DNA of 64,000 bases, from NCBI GenBank assembly GCA_027923505.1, contig BROI01000010.1:372001-436000 (forward strand). Direction: 5' to 3'. The DNA comes from Mayamaea pseudoterrestris (lineage: Eukaryota). This document shows, piece after piece, positions 23,301-37,100 of this stretch. Under the pieces are notes generated by a model. It was not told the DNA's origin, made no database searches, and saw only the letters and a program-made list of their open reading frames with translations. Made by a program: the position numbers and the translations under genes. Positions within the stretch are counted from its first letter, which is position 1; every line of letters begins with the position of its first letter.

Positions 23301-26300
23301 CTGGTGTATTTTGGGCACCTACAGGCTTGCTTAGGAGCGTTTTGAATGTCACGGCATCTACGGCTGAGACTGGTGACAAGTTGTCACCAAATACATTGCC
23401 ATCCTGAGACACCACGAACCTCCATCTTGTAGCGCACCTGAATAAGGATTGCACCATCTCTGGTGTATTTTGGGCACCTCGCTTGCTGTGGGGCGTTTGA
23501 ATTCACGGCATCTGCTGAGACTGGTGACAAGTTGTCACCAAATACAGCTGCCACCGAGACACCAGCCAACCTACCTCTTGTACGCACCTGACAGATTTGG
23601 CACCATTCTGGTGTATTTTGGGGCTCTCCTGGGCTTGCTGTAGGGGCCATTTGAATGTCACGGCATCTACGGACTGAGACTGGTGACAATTGTCTCAAAT
23701 ACCATCCCTAGAGACACATACCAGCAACCTACCATCTTGCCACACCTGAATAATGATGTTGGCACAATTCGTTATTTTGGGCTCTACAGCTTGCTGTAGG
23801 GGGTTTGAATAATCACGGCAGCTGCGGGCTGAGACTGGTGACAAGTTGTCACCAAATACATTGCCATCCCCTGAGACACCTGCCAAGCCTACCATCTTGT
23901 AGCGCAGCCTGAATAAGGATGTTGACACCATTCTGGTGTACTTTGGGCACCTACAGGGCTTGCTGTAGGGGCGTTTGAATGTCACGGCATCTACAGGCTG
24001 AGACTGGTGACAAGTTGTCACCAAATACATTGCCATCCCCTGAGACACCAGCCAAGCCTACTCATCTTGTCGCTGCAGCCTGAATAATGATGTTGGCACA
24101 ATTCTGGTGTATTTAGGCACCTACAGGGCTTGCTGTAGGGCGTTTGAATGTCACGCATCTGGGAGCTGAGACTGGTGACAAGTTGTCACCAAAACATTGC
24201 CATACCCTGAGACACCAGCCAAGCCTACCATCTTGCGAAGCGCAGCCTGAATAAGGATGTTGACACCATTCTGGTAGGAACACCTACAGGGCGTGAGGGG
24301 GCTTTGAATCGTCGTCCGGCGACCATCGTGGACATTCAACTGCAACCAAATACATTGTCTATTCCCCTGGACGACAGCACAGCTGCTCGGCGGGGTTTCC
24401 GGGCACTATTTGTATTTTAAGCTAATCTATAGGGCGTCGTCCTCCGTTTCATGGAGCGGGGTGTTCATCGGTCAAGACAGGGCATGAGCATGGCACAAGG
24501 CCTGCCTGCTGCCACCAAATACATTGTTGACACCGTGAGACACCAGCCAAGCTCTACCATCTTGTAGTGCAGCCTGAATATGATGTTACACCATTCTTGG
24601 TGTATTTTTGGGCACCTGGCAGGGCTTGCTGTAGCGTTTGAATGTCACGCATCTGCGGAGCTGAGACTGGTGACAAGTTGTCACCAAATACATTGTCATT
24701 CCCTGAGACAGCAGCCAAGCCTACCATTTGTAGCGCAGGAATATGATGCGTTGGCACCAATCTGGTGTATTTTGGGCACCTACAGGGCTTGCTGTAGGGG
24801 CGTTTGAATGTCACAGCATCTGCGGGCTGAGACTGGTGACAAGTTGTCACCAAATACATTGCCATCCCCTGAGACACCAGCTAAGCCTACCATTCTTGTA
24901 GCACAGCCTGTAATGATGTTGGCACCATTCAGGTGTATTTTGGGCACCTACAGGGCTTGCTGTAGGGGCGTTTGAATGTCACGGCATCTGCGGGCTGAGA
25001 CTGGTGACAAGTTGTCACCAAATACATTGCCATCCCCTGAGACACCAGCCAAGCCTACCATCTTGTAGCGCAGCCTGAATAATGATGTTGGCACCATTCT
25101 GGTGTATTTTGGGCACCTACAGGGCTTGCTGTAGGGGCGTTTGAATGTCACGGCATCTGCGGGCTGAGACTGGTGACAAGTTGTCACCAAATACACTGCC
25201 ATCCCCTGAGACACCAGCCAAGCCTACCATCTTGCGAGCGCAGCCTGAATAATGATGTTGGCACCATTCTGGTGTATTTTGGGCACCTACAGGGCTTGCT
25301 GTGGGGCGTTTGAATGTCATGGCATCTGCGGGGCTGGAGACTGGTGACAAGTTGTCACCAAATACATTGCCATCCCCTGAGACACCAGCCAAGCTACCAT
25401 CTTGTAGCCAGCCTGAATAATGATGTTGGCACCATTCTGGTGTATTTTGGGCATCTACAGGGCTTGCTGTAGGGGCGTTTGAATGTCATGGAATCTGCGG
25501 GGCTGAGACTGGTGACAAGTTGTCACCAAATACATTGAGATCCCCTGAGACACCAGCCAAGCCTACCATCTTGTAGCGCAGCCAGAATAATGATGTTGGC
25601 ACCATTCTGGTGTATTTTGGGCACCTACAGGGCTTGCTGTAGGGGTGTTTGAATGTCATGGCATCTGCAGGCTGAGACTGGTGACAAGTTGTCACCAAAT
25701 ACATTGCCATCCCCGGAGACTACCAGCCAAGCCTACCCATTTTGCAGGCGCAGCCGAACAATGATGTTGGCACCATTCTCGGTATATTTTGGGCACCTTA
25801 CAGGGCTTGCTGTAGGGGCGTTTTTGAGATGTCACGGCATCTGCGGGCTGAGACTGGTGACAAGTTGTCACCAAATACATTGCCATCCCCTGAGACACCA
25901 GCCAAGCCTACCATCTTGTAGCGCAGCCTGAATAATGATGTTGGCACCATTCTGGTGTATTTTGGGCACCTACAGGGCTTGCTGTAGGGGCGTTTGAATG
26001 TCACGGCATCTGCGGGCTGAGACTGGTGACAAGTTGTCACCAAATACATTGCCATCCCCTGAGACACCAGCCAAGCCTACCATCTTGTAGCGCAGCCTGA
26101 ATAAGGATGTTGGCACCATTCTGGTGTATGTTGGGCACCTACAGAGCTTGCTGTAAGGGGCGTTTAAATGTCACGGCATCTGCGGGCTGAGACTGGTGAC
26201 AAGTTGTCACCAAATACATTGCCATCCCCTGAGACACCAGCCAAGCCTACCATCTTGTAGCGCAGCCTGAATAAGGATGTTGGCACCATTCTGGTGTATT

Positions 26301-29300
26301 TTGGGCACCTACAGGGCTTGCTGTAGGGGCGTTTGAATGTCACGGCATCTGCGGGCTGAGACTGGTGACAAGTTGTCACCAAATACATTGCCATCCCCTG
26401 AGACACCAGCCAAGCCTACCATCTTGTAGCGCAGCCTGAATAATGATGTTGGCACCATTCTGGTGTATTTTGGGCACCTACAGGGCTTGCTGTAGGGGCG
26501 TTTGAATGTCACGGCAACTGGGGGGCTGAGACTGGTGACAAGTTGTCACCAAATACATTGCCATCCCCTGAGACACCAGCCAAGCCTACCATCTTGTAGC
26601 GCAGCCTGAATAATGATGTTGGCACCATTCTGGTGTATTTTGGGCACCTACAGGGCTTGCTGTAGGGGCGTTTGAATGTCACGGCATCTGCGGGCTGAGA
26701 CTGGTGACAAGTTGTCACCAAATACATTGCCATCCCCTGAGACACCAGCCAAGCCTACCATCTTGTAGCGCAGCCTGAATAATGATGTTGGCACCATTCT
26801 GGTGTATTTTGGGCACCTACAGGGCTTGCTGTAGGGGCGTTTGATTGTCACGGCATCTGCGGGCTGAGACTGGTGACAAGTTGTCACCAAATACATTGCC
26901 ATCCCCTGAGACACCAGCCAAGCCTACCATCTTGTAGCGCAGCCTGAATAAGGATGTTGGCACCATTCTGGTGTATTTTGGGCACCCACAGGGCTTGCTG
27001 TAGGGGCGTTTTGAATGTCACGGCATGTGCGGGCAGAGACTGGCGACAAGTTGTCACCAAATACATTGCCATCCCCTGCGACGCCAACCAAGCCTACCAT
27101 CTTGTAGCGCAGCCTGAATAATGATGTTGGCACCATTCTGGTGTATTTTGGGCACCTACAGGGCTTGCTGTAGGGGCGTTTGAATGTCACGGCATCTGCG
27201 GGCTGAGACTGGTGACAAGTTGTCACCAAATACATTGCCATCCCTGAGACACCAGCCAAGCCTACCATCTTGTAGCGCAGCCTGAATAATGATGTTGGCA
27301 CCATTCTGGTGTATTTTGGGCACCTACAGGGCTTGCTGTAGGGGCGTTTGAATGTCACGGCATCTGCGGGCTGAGACTGGTGACAAGTTGTCACCAAATA
27401 CATTGCCATCCCCTGAGACACCAGCCAAGCCTACCATCTTGTAGCGCAGCCTGAATAATGATGTTGGCACCATTCTGGTGTATTTTGGGCACCTACAGGG
27501 CTTGCTGTAGGGGCGTTTGAATGTCACGGCATCTGCGGGCTGAGACTGGTGACAAGTTGTCACCAAATACATTGCCATCCCCTGAGACACCAGCCAAGCC
27601 TACCATCTTGTAGCGCAGCCTGAATAATGATGTTGGCACCATTCTGGTGTATTTTGGGCACCTACAGGGCTTGCTGTAGGGGCGTTTGAATGTCACGGCA
27701 TCTGCGGGCTGAGACTGGTGACAAGTTGTCACCAAATACATTGCCATCCCCTGAGACACCAGCCAAGCCTACCATCTTGTAGCGCAGCCTGAATAATGAT
27801 GTTGGCACCATTCTGGTGTATTTTGGGCACCTACAGGGCTTGCTGTAGGGGCGTTTGAATGTCACGGCATCTGCGGGCTGAGACTGGTGACAAGTTGTCA
27901 CCAAATACATTGCCATCCCCTGAGACACCAGCCAAGCCTACCATCTTGTAGCGCAGCCTGAATAATGATGTTGGCACCATTCTGGTGTATTTTGGGCACC
28001 TACAGGGCTTGCTGTAGGGGCGTTTGAATGTCACGGCATCTGCGGGCTGAGACTGGTGACAAGTTGTCACCAAATACATTGCCATCCCCTGAGACACCAG
28101 CCAAGCCTACCATCTTGTAGCGCAGCCTGAATAATGATGTTGGCACCATTCTGGTGTATTTTGGGCACCTACAGGGCTTGCTGTAGGGGCGTTTGAATGT
28201 CACGGCATCTGCGGGCTGAGACTGGTGACAAGTTGTCACCAAATACATTGCCATCCCCTGAGACACCAGCCAAGCCTACCATCTTGTAGCGCAGCCTGAA
28301 TAATGATGTTGGCACCATTTCTGGTGTATTTTGGGCACCTACAGGGCTTGCTGTAGGGGCGTTTGAATGTCACGGCATCTGCGGGCTGAGACTGGTGACA
28401 AGTTGTCACCAAATACATTGCCATCCCCTGAGACACCAGCCAAGCCTACCATCTTGTAGCGCAGCCTGAATAATGATGTTGGCACCATTCTGGTGTATTT
28501 TGGGCACCTACAGGGCTTGCTGTAGGGGCGTTTGAATGTCACGGCATCTGCGGGCTGAGACTGGTGACAAGTTGTCACCAAATACATTGCCATCCCCTGA
28601 GACACCAGCCAAGCCTACCATCTTGTAGCGCAGCCTGAATAATGATGTTGGCACCATTCTGGTGTATTTTGGGCACCTACAGGGCTTGCTGTAGGGGCGT
28701 TTGAATGTCACGGCATCTGCGGGCTGAGACTGGTGACAAGTTGTCACCAAATACATTGCCATCCCCTGAGACACCAGCCAAGCCTACCATCTTGTAGCGC
28801 AGCCTGAATAATGATGTTGGCACCATTCTGGTGTATTTTGGGCACCTACAGGGCTTGCTGTAGGGGCGTTTGAATGTCACGGCATCTGCGGGCTGAGACT
28901 GGTGACAAGTTGTCACCAAATACATTGCCATCCCCTGAGACACCAGCCAAGCCTACCATCTTGTAGCGCAGCCTGAATAATGATGTTGGCACCATTCTGG
29001 TGTATTTTGGGCACCTACAGGGCTTGCTGTAGGGGCGTTTGAATGTCACGGCATCTGCGGGCTGAGACTGGTGACAAGTTGTCACCAAATACATTGCCAT
29101 CCCCTGAGACACCAGCCAAGCCTACCATCTTGTAGCGCAGCCTGAATAATGATGTTGGCACCATTCTGGTGTATTTTGGGCACCTACAGGGCTTGCTGTA
29201 GGGGCGTTTGAATGTCACGGCATCTGCGGGCTGAGACTGGTGACAAGTTGTCACCAAATACATTGCCATCCCCTGAGACACCAGCCAAGCCTACCATCTT

Positions 29301-32300
29301 GTAGCGCAGCCTGAATAATGATGTTGGCACCATTCTGGTGTATTTTGGGCACCTACAGGGCTTGCTGTAGGGGCGTTTGAATGTCACGGCATCTGCGGGC
29401 TGAGACTGGTGACAAGTTGTCACCAAATACATTGCCATCCCCTGAGACACCAGCCAAGCCTACCATCTTGTAGCGCAGCCTGAATAATGATGTTGGCACC
29501 ATTCTGGTGTATTTTGGGCACCTACAGGGCTTGCTGTAGGGGCGTTTGAATGTCACGGCATCTGCGGGCTGAGACTGGTGACAAGTTGTCACCAAATACA
29601 TTGCCATCCCCTGAGACACCAGCCAAGCCTACCATCTTGTAGCGCAGCCTGAATAATGATGTTGGCACCATTCTGGTGTATTTTGGGCACCTACAGGGCT
29701 TGCTGTAGGGGCGTTTGAATGTCACGGCATCTGCGGGCTGAGACTGGTGACAAGTTGTCACCAAATACATTGCCATCCCCTGAGACACCAGCCAAGCCTA
29801 CCATCTTGTAGCGCAGCCTGAATAATGATGTTGGCACCATTCTGGTGTATTTTGGGCACCTACAGGGCTTGCTGTAGGGGCGTTTGAATGTCACGGCATC
29901 TGCGGGCTGAGACTGGTGACAAGTTGTCACCAAATACATTGCCATCCCCTGAGACACCAGCCAAGCCAACCAACTTGTAGCGCAGCCTGAATAATGATGT
30001 TGGCACCATTCTGGTGTATTTTGGGCACCTACAGGGCTTGCTGTAGGGGCGTTTGAATGTCACGGCATCTGCGGGCTGAGACTGGTGACAAGTTGTCACC
30101 AAATACATTGCCATCCCCTGAGACACCAGCCAAGCCTAACATCTTGTAGCGCAGCCTGAATAATGATGTTGGCACCATTCTGGTGTATTTTGGGCACCTA
30201 CAGGGCTTGCTGTAGGGGCATTTGAATGTCACGGCATCTGCGGGCTGAGACTGGTGACAAGTTGTCACCAAATACATTGCCATCCCCTGAGACACCAGCC
30301 AAGCCTACCATCTTGTAGCTCAGCCTGAATAATGATGTTGGCACCATTCTGGTGTATTTTGGGCACCTACAGGGCTTGCTGTAGGGGCGTTTGAATGTCA
30401 CGGCATCTGCGGACTGAGACTGGTGACAAGTTGTCACCAAATACATTGCCATCCCCTGAGACACCAGCCAAGCCTACCATCTTGTAGCGCAGCCTGAATA
30501 ATGATGTTGGCACCATTCTGGTGTATTTTGGGCACCTACAGGGCTTGCTGTAGGGGCGTTTGAATGTCACGGCATCTGCGGGCTGAGACTGGTGACAAGT
30601 TGTCACCAAATACATTGCCATCCCCTGAGACACCAGCCAAGCCTACCATCTTGTAGCGCAGCCTGAATAATGATGTTGGCACCATTCTGGTGTATTTTGG
30701 GCGCCTACAGGGCTTGCTGTAGGGGCGTTTGAATGTCACAGCATCTGCGGGCTGAGACTGGTGACAAGTTGTCACCAAATACATTGCCATCCCCTGAGAC
30801 ACCAGCCAAGCCTACCATCTTGTGGCGCTACCTAACAAAGGAAATTGGCACCATTCTGGTGTATTTTGGGCACCTACAGGGCCTGCTGTAGGGGCGTTTG
30901 AATGTCACGGCATCTGCGGGCTGAGACTGGTGACAAGTTGTCACCAAATACATTGCCATCCCCTGAGACACCAGCCAAGCCTACCATCTTGTAGCGCAGC
31001 CTGAATTATGATGTTGGCACCATTCTGGTGTATTTTGGGCTCCTACAGGGCTTGCTGTAGGGGCATTTGAATGTCACAGCATCTGCGGGCTGAGACTGGT
31101 GACAAGTTGTCACCAAATCCATTGCCATCCACACCAGCAAAGCCTATCATCTTGTAGCACAGTCTGAATAATGATGTTGGCACCATTCTGGTGTATTTTG
31201 GGCACCTACAGGGCTTGCTGTATATGTCACGGCTACTGTGGGCTGAGACTGGTGACAAGTTGTCACCAAATACATTGCCATCCCCTGAGACACCAGCCAA
31301 GCCTACCATCTTGGAGCTCAGCCAGAATAATGGTGTTGGCACCATTCTGGTGTATTTTGGGCACCTACAGGGCTTGCTGTAGGAACATTTGTATGTCATG
31401 GCATCTGCGGGCTGAGCTTGTCACCAAATTGCCATAAGACTGCCATCGACCCACTCATTTACGCAGCCTGAGTTGTCTCTGAGGCACTCAGGGCTTGCTG
31501 GGCGTTTTGCCGGCCTCGGCTCGTGTACTGCACGCCAGCAATCGTCATCTTGTAGCTCAGCCTGAATAATGATGTGACACCAATGTGGTGTATTTTGGGC
31601 ACCTACAGGGCTTGCTGTAGGGGTGTTTAAATGTCACGGCTACTGTGGGCTGAGACTGGTGACAAGTTGTCACCAAATACATTGCCATCCCCTGAGACAC
31701 CAGCCAAGCCTACCATCTTGTAGCGCAGCCTAACAAATGATGTTGGCTCCATTTTGGTGTAATTTGGGCATCTACCGGGCCTGATGTAGGTCTGTTAGAA
31801 TGTCACGGCATTTGCGGGCTGAGACTGGTGACAAGTTGTCACCAAACACATTGCCATCCCCTGAGACACCACCCAAGCCTGCCATCTTGGATGTTGACAC
31901 CATTCTGGTGCATTTTGGGCACCAACAGGGCTTGCTGGGGGGGCATTTGATTGTTGCGGCATCTGCGGGCTGAGACTGGTGACAAGTTGTCACCAAATAC
32001 ATTGCCATTCCCTGAGACACCAGCCAAAACTACCATCTTGAAGCGCGGCCTGAATAATCTGTAGACACCATTCGGTTGTATTTTGGGCACCTACAGGGCT
32101 TGCTGTAGGGGCGTTTGAATGTCACGGCATCTGCGGGCTGAGACTGGTGACAAGTTGTCACCAAATACATTGCCATCCCCTGAGACACCAGCCAAGCCTA
32201 CCATCTTGTAGCGCAGCCTGAATAATGATGTTGGTACCATTCTGGCGTATTTTGGGCACCTAGAGATCTTGCTGTAGGGGCATTTGAATGTCACGGCATC

Positions 32301-34190
32301 TGCGGGCTGAGACTGGTGACAAGTTGTCACCAAATACATTGCCATCCCCTGAGACACCAGCCAAGCCTACCATCTTGGAGCTCAGCCTGAATAATGATGT
32401 TGGCACCATTCTGGTGTATTTTGGGCACCTACAGGGCTTGCTGTAGGGGTGTTTGAATGTCACGGCATCTGCGGGCTGAGACTGGTGACAAGTTGTCACC
32501 AAATACATTGCCATCCTGTGAGACACCAGCCAGACCAACCATCTTATAGCGCAGCCTGAAAAAGGATGTTGGAACCATTTTGGTGTAATTTGGGCACGTA
32601 CAGGGCTTGCTGTATAGGGGTGTTTGAATGTCACGGCATCTGCGGGCTGAGACTGGTGACAAGTTGTCACCAAATACATTGCCATCCCCTGAGACACCAG
32701 CCAAGCCTACCATCTTGTAGCGCAGCCTGAATAATGATGTTGGCACCATTCTGGTGTATTTTGGGCACCTACAGGGCTTGCTGTAGGGGTGTTTGAATGT
32801 CACGGCATCTGCGGGCTGAGACTGGTGACAAGTTGTCACCAAATACATTGCCATCCCCTGAGACACCAGTCAAGCCTACCATCTTGTAGCACAGCCTGAT
32901 TAATGATGTTGGCACCATTCTGGTGAATTTTGGGCACCTACAGGGCTTGCTGTAGGGGCGTTTGATTGTCGCGGCATCTGCGGGCTGAGACTGGTGACAA
33001 GTTGTCACCAAATACATTGCCATCCCCTGAGACACCAACCAAGCCTACCATCTTGTAGCGCAGCCTGAATAATGATGTTGGCACCATTCTGGTGTATTTT
33101 GGGCACCTACAGGGCTTGCTGTAGGGGCGTTTGAATGTCATGGCATCTGCGGGCTGAGACTGGTGACAAGTTGTCACCAAATACATTGCCATCCCCTGAG
33201 ACACCAGCCAAGCCTACCATCTTGTAGCGCAGCCTGAATAAGGATGTTGGCACCATTCTGGTGTATTTTGGGCACCTACAGGGCTTGCTGTAGGGGTGTT
33301 TGAATGTCACGGCATCTGCGGGCTGAGACTGGTGACAAGTTGTCACCAAATACATTGCCATCCCCTGAGACACCAGCCAAGCCAACCATCTTGTAGCGCA
33401 GCCTGAATAATGATGTTGGCACCATTCTGGTGTATTTTGGGCACCTACAGGGCTTGCTGTAGGGGCGTTTGAATGTCACGGCATCTGCGGGCTGAGACTG
33501 GTGACAAGTTGTCACCAAATACATTGCCATCCCCTGAGACACCAGCCAAGCCTACCATCTTGTAGCGCAGCCTGAATAATGATGGTGGCACCATTCTGGT
33601 GTATTTTGGGCACCTATGGGTCTTGCTGTAGGTCTGTTAGAATGTCACGGCATCTGCGGGCTGAGACTGGTGACAAGTTGTCACCAAATACATTGCCATC
33701 CCCTGATACACCAGCCAAGCCAACCATCTTGTAGCGCAGCCTGATTAATGATGTTGGCACCATTCTGGTGTATTTTGGGCACCTACAGGGCTTGCTGTAG
33801 GGGTGTTTGAATGTCACGGCATCTGCGGGCTGAGACTGGTGACAAGTTGTCACCAAATACATTGCCATCCTCTGAGACACCAGCCAAGCCAACCATGTCG
33901 TAGCGCAGCCTAAATAAGGATGTTGGCACTTTTTTGGTGTATTTTGGGCACCTACAGGGCTTGCTGTAGGGGCGTTTGAATGTCACGGCATCCGCGGGCT
34001 GAGACTGGTGACAAGTTGTCACCAAATACATTGCCATCCCCTGAGACACCAGCCAAGCCTACCATCTTGTAGCGCAGCCTGAATAGTAATGTTGGCACCA
34101 TTCGGGTGTATTTTGGGCACCTACAGGGCTTGCTGAAAGGGCCTTTGAATGTCACGGCATCTGCGGGCTGAGACTGGTGACAAGTTGTCA
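17363..34190. repeat. 169-bp satellite, left array (~100 monomers)
   Basis: Consensus gggctgagactggtgacaagttgtcaccaaatacattgccatcccctgagacaccagccaagcctaccatcttgtagcgcagcctgaataatgatgttggcaccattctggtgtattttgggcacctacagggcttgctgtaggggcgtttgaatgtcacggcatctgc. The ORF track repeats every 169 bp. Confidence 0.98.
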
Positions 34191-37100
34191 TTGACCTGTC
34201 AAACGCCCCATTCCCTGGCCACCCAAATACCCAGTGAGTGAGGCAAACCATTCAAGGGTATGCCATGGATAGGTGCAGAGTCTCAAATGCTGCAAAAAGG
34301 AACGCCTGTAAGCTGACACCATGGGTACGGCCTCCACTGTGGGTATGGCTAACACCACAAGTTGTCGATTCTGACCTGTCAAACGCCCCATGCCCTGGCC
34401 ACCCAAATACCCAATGAGTCAGGCAAAACATGTCCAGGGTATGCCATTGACAGGTGCAGAGTCTCAAATGGTGCAAAATGGACTGCCTGGAGGCTGACAC
34501 CATGGGTACGGCCTCCACTGTGGGATGGGTATGGCCAACACCACAAGTTGTCGATTCTGACCTGTCAAACGCCCCATGCCCTGGCCACCCACATACCCAA
34601 TGAGTCATGCAAAACATGTCAGGGTATGCCATTGACAGGTGCAGAGTCTCAAATGGTGCAAAAAGGACTGCCTGGAGGCTTACACCACGGGTACAGCCTC
34701 AGCTGTGGGTATGGCCAACACCACAAGTTGTCGATTCTGACCTGTCAAACGCCCCATGCCCTGGCCACCCAAAAACCCAATGAGTCAGGCAAAACATGTC
34801 CAGGGTGTGCCATTGACAGGTGCAGAGTCTCAAATGGTGCAAAAAGGACTGCCTGGAGGCTGACACCATGGATACGGCCTCCACTGTGGGTATGGCCAAC
34901 ACCACAAGTTGTAGATTCTGACCTGTCAAATGCCCCATGCCCTGGCCACCCAAACACCCAATGAGTCAGACAAAACATGTCCAGGGTATGCCATTGACAG
35001 GTGCAGAGTCTCAAAATGGTGCAAAAAGGACTGCCTGGAGGCTGACACCATGGGTATGGCCTCGACTGTGGGATGGGTATGGCCAACACCATAAGTTGTC
35101 GATTCTGACCTGTCAAACGCCCCATGCCCTGGCCACCCAAATACCCAATGAGTCAGACAAAACATGTCCAGGGTATGCCATTGACAGGTGCATAGTCTCA
35201 AATGGTGCAAAAAGGACTGCCTGGAGGCCTACACCAGGAATGATTGCACGTCCGCGGTGGGTATGGCCAACACCACAAGTTGTCGAATCTGACCTGTCAA
35301 ACGCCCCGTGCCCTGGCCACCCAAATACCCAATGAGTCAGGCAAAACATGTCCAGGGTGTGCCATTGACATGGGGATGGTCTCAAATGGTGCAAAAAGGA
35401 CTGCTTGGAGGCTCACGCCATGGGTACGGCCTCCACTGTGGGTATGGCCAACACCACAAGTTGCAGATACTTACCTGTCAAACGCCCCATGCCCTGGCCA
35501 CCCGAATACCCAATGAGTCAGGCAAAACATGTCCAGGGTATGCCATTGACAGGTGCAGAGTCTCAAATGGTGCAAGGACTGCCTGGAGGCTGACACCATG
35601 GGTACGGCCTCCACTGGGGGTATGGCCAACACCACAAGTTGCAGATTCTTCCCTGTCAAACGCCCCATGCCCTGGCCACCCAAATACCCAATGAGTTAGG
35701 CAAAACATGTCCAGGGTATGCCATTGACAGGTGCATAGTCTCAAATGGTGCAAAAAGGACTGCCTGGAGGCTTACACCATGGGTACAGCCTCGACTGTGG
35801 GATGGGTATGGCCAACACCACAAGTTGTCGATTCTGACCTGTCAAACGCCCCATGCCCTGGCCACCCAAATACCCAATGAGTCAGGCAAAACATGTCCAG
35901 GGTATGCCATTGACAGGTGCAGAGTCTCAAATGGTGCAAAAAGGACTGCCTGGAGGCTGACACCATGGGTACGGCCTCCACAGGGGGGTATGGCCATCAC
36001 CACAAGTTGTCGATTCTGACCTGTCAAACGCCCCATGCCATGGCCACCCAAACACCCAATGAGTCAGGCAAAACATGTCCAGGGTATGCCATTGACAGGT
36101 GCATAGTCTCAAATGGTGCAAAAAGGACTGCCTGGAGGCTGACACCATGGGTACGGCCTCCACTGTGGGTATGTCCAACACCACATGTTGCAGATTTTCC
36201 CCTGTCAAACGCCCCATGCCCTGGCCACCCAAATACCCAATGAGTCAGGCAAAACATGTCCAGGGTATGCCATTGACAGGTGCAGAGTCTCAAATGGTGC
36301 AAAAGGGACTGCCTGGAGGCTGACACCATGGGTACGGCCTCCACTGTGGGTATGGCCAACACCACAAGTTGCTGATTCTTCCCTGTCAAACGCCCCATGC
36401 CCTGGCCGCCCAAATAACCAATGAGTCAGGCAAAACATGTCCAGGGTATGCCATTGACAGGTGCAGAGTCTCAAATGGTGCAAAAAGAACTGCCTGGAGG
36501 CTGACAACATGGGTACGGCCTCCACTGTGGGTATGGCCAACACCACAAAATGCAGATTCTTCCCTGTCAAACGCCCCATGCCCTGGCCACCCAAATACCC
36601 AATGAGTCAGGCAAAACATGTCCAGGGTATGCCATTGACAGGTGCAGAGTCTCAAATGGTGCAAAAGGGACTGCCTGGAGGCTGACACCATGGGTACAGC
36701 CTCTACTGTGGGTATGGCCAACATCATAAGTTGCAGATTGTTCCCTGCCAAACGCCCCATGCCCTGGCCACCCAAATACCCAATGAGTCAGGCAAAACAT
36801 GTCCAGGGGATGCCATTGACAGGTGCAGAGTCTCAAATGGTGCAAAAAGGACTGCCTGGAGGCTGACACCATGGGTACGGCCTCCATGGTGGGTATGGCC
36901 AACACCACAAGTTGTCGATTCTGACCTGTCAAACGCCCCATGCCCTGGCCACCCAAATACCCAATGAGTCAGGCAAAACATGTCCAGGGATTGCCATTGA
37001 CAGGTGCAGAGTCTCAAATGGTGCAAAAAGGACTGCCTGGAGGCTGACAACATGGGTACGGCCTCTACTGTGGGAATGGCCAACACCACAAGTTGCAGAT

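Noticed and set aside
24290..24545. Apparent unique insert within the left array (similar patches at ~23040-23820, ~31410-31550 and ~37930-38460)
   Set aside because: It retains satellite fragments (ccaaatacattg) in register amid dense indels. It is most likely low-quality long-read consensus, not a real insert.
17363..34190. CRISPR-like array (palindromic repeat at regular spacing)
   Set aside because: The sequence between palindromes is identical rather than unique spacers. There are no cas genes and the context is eukaryotic.
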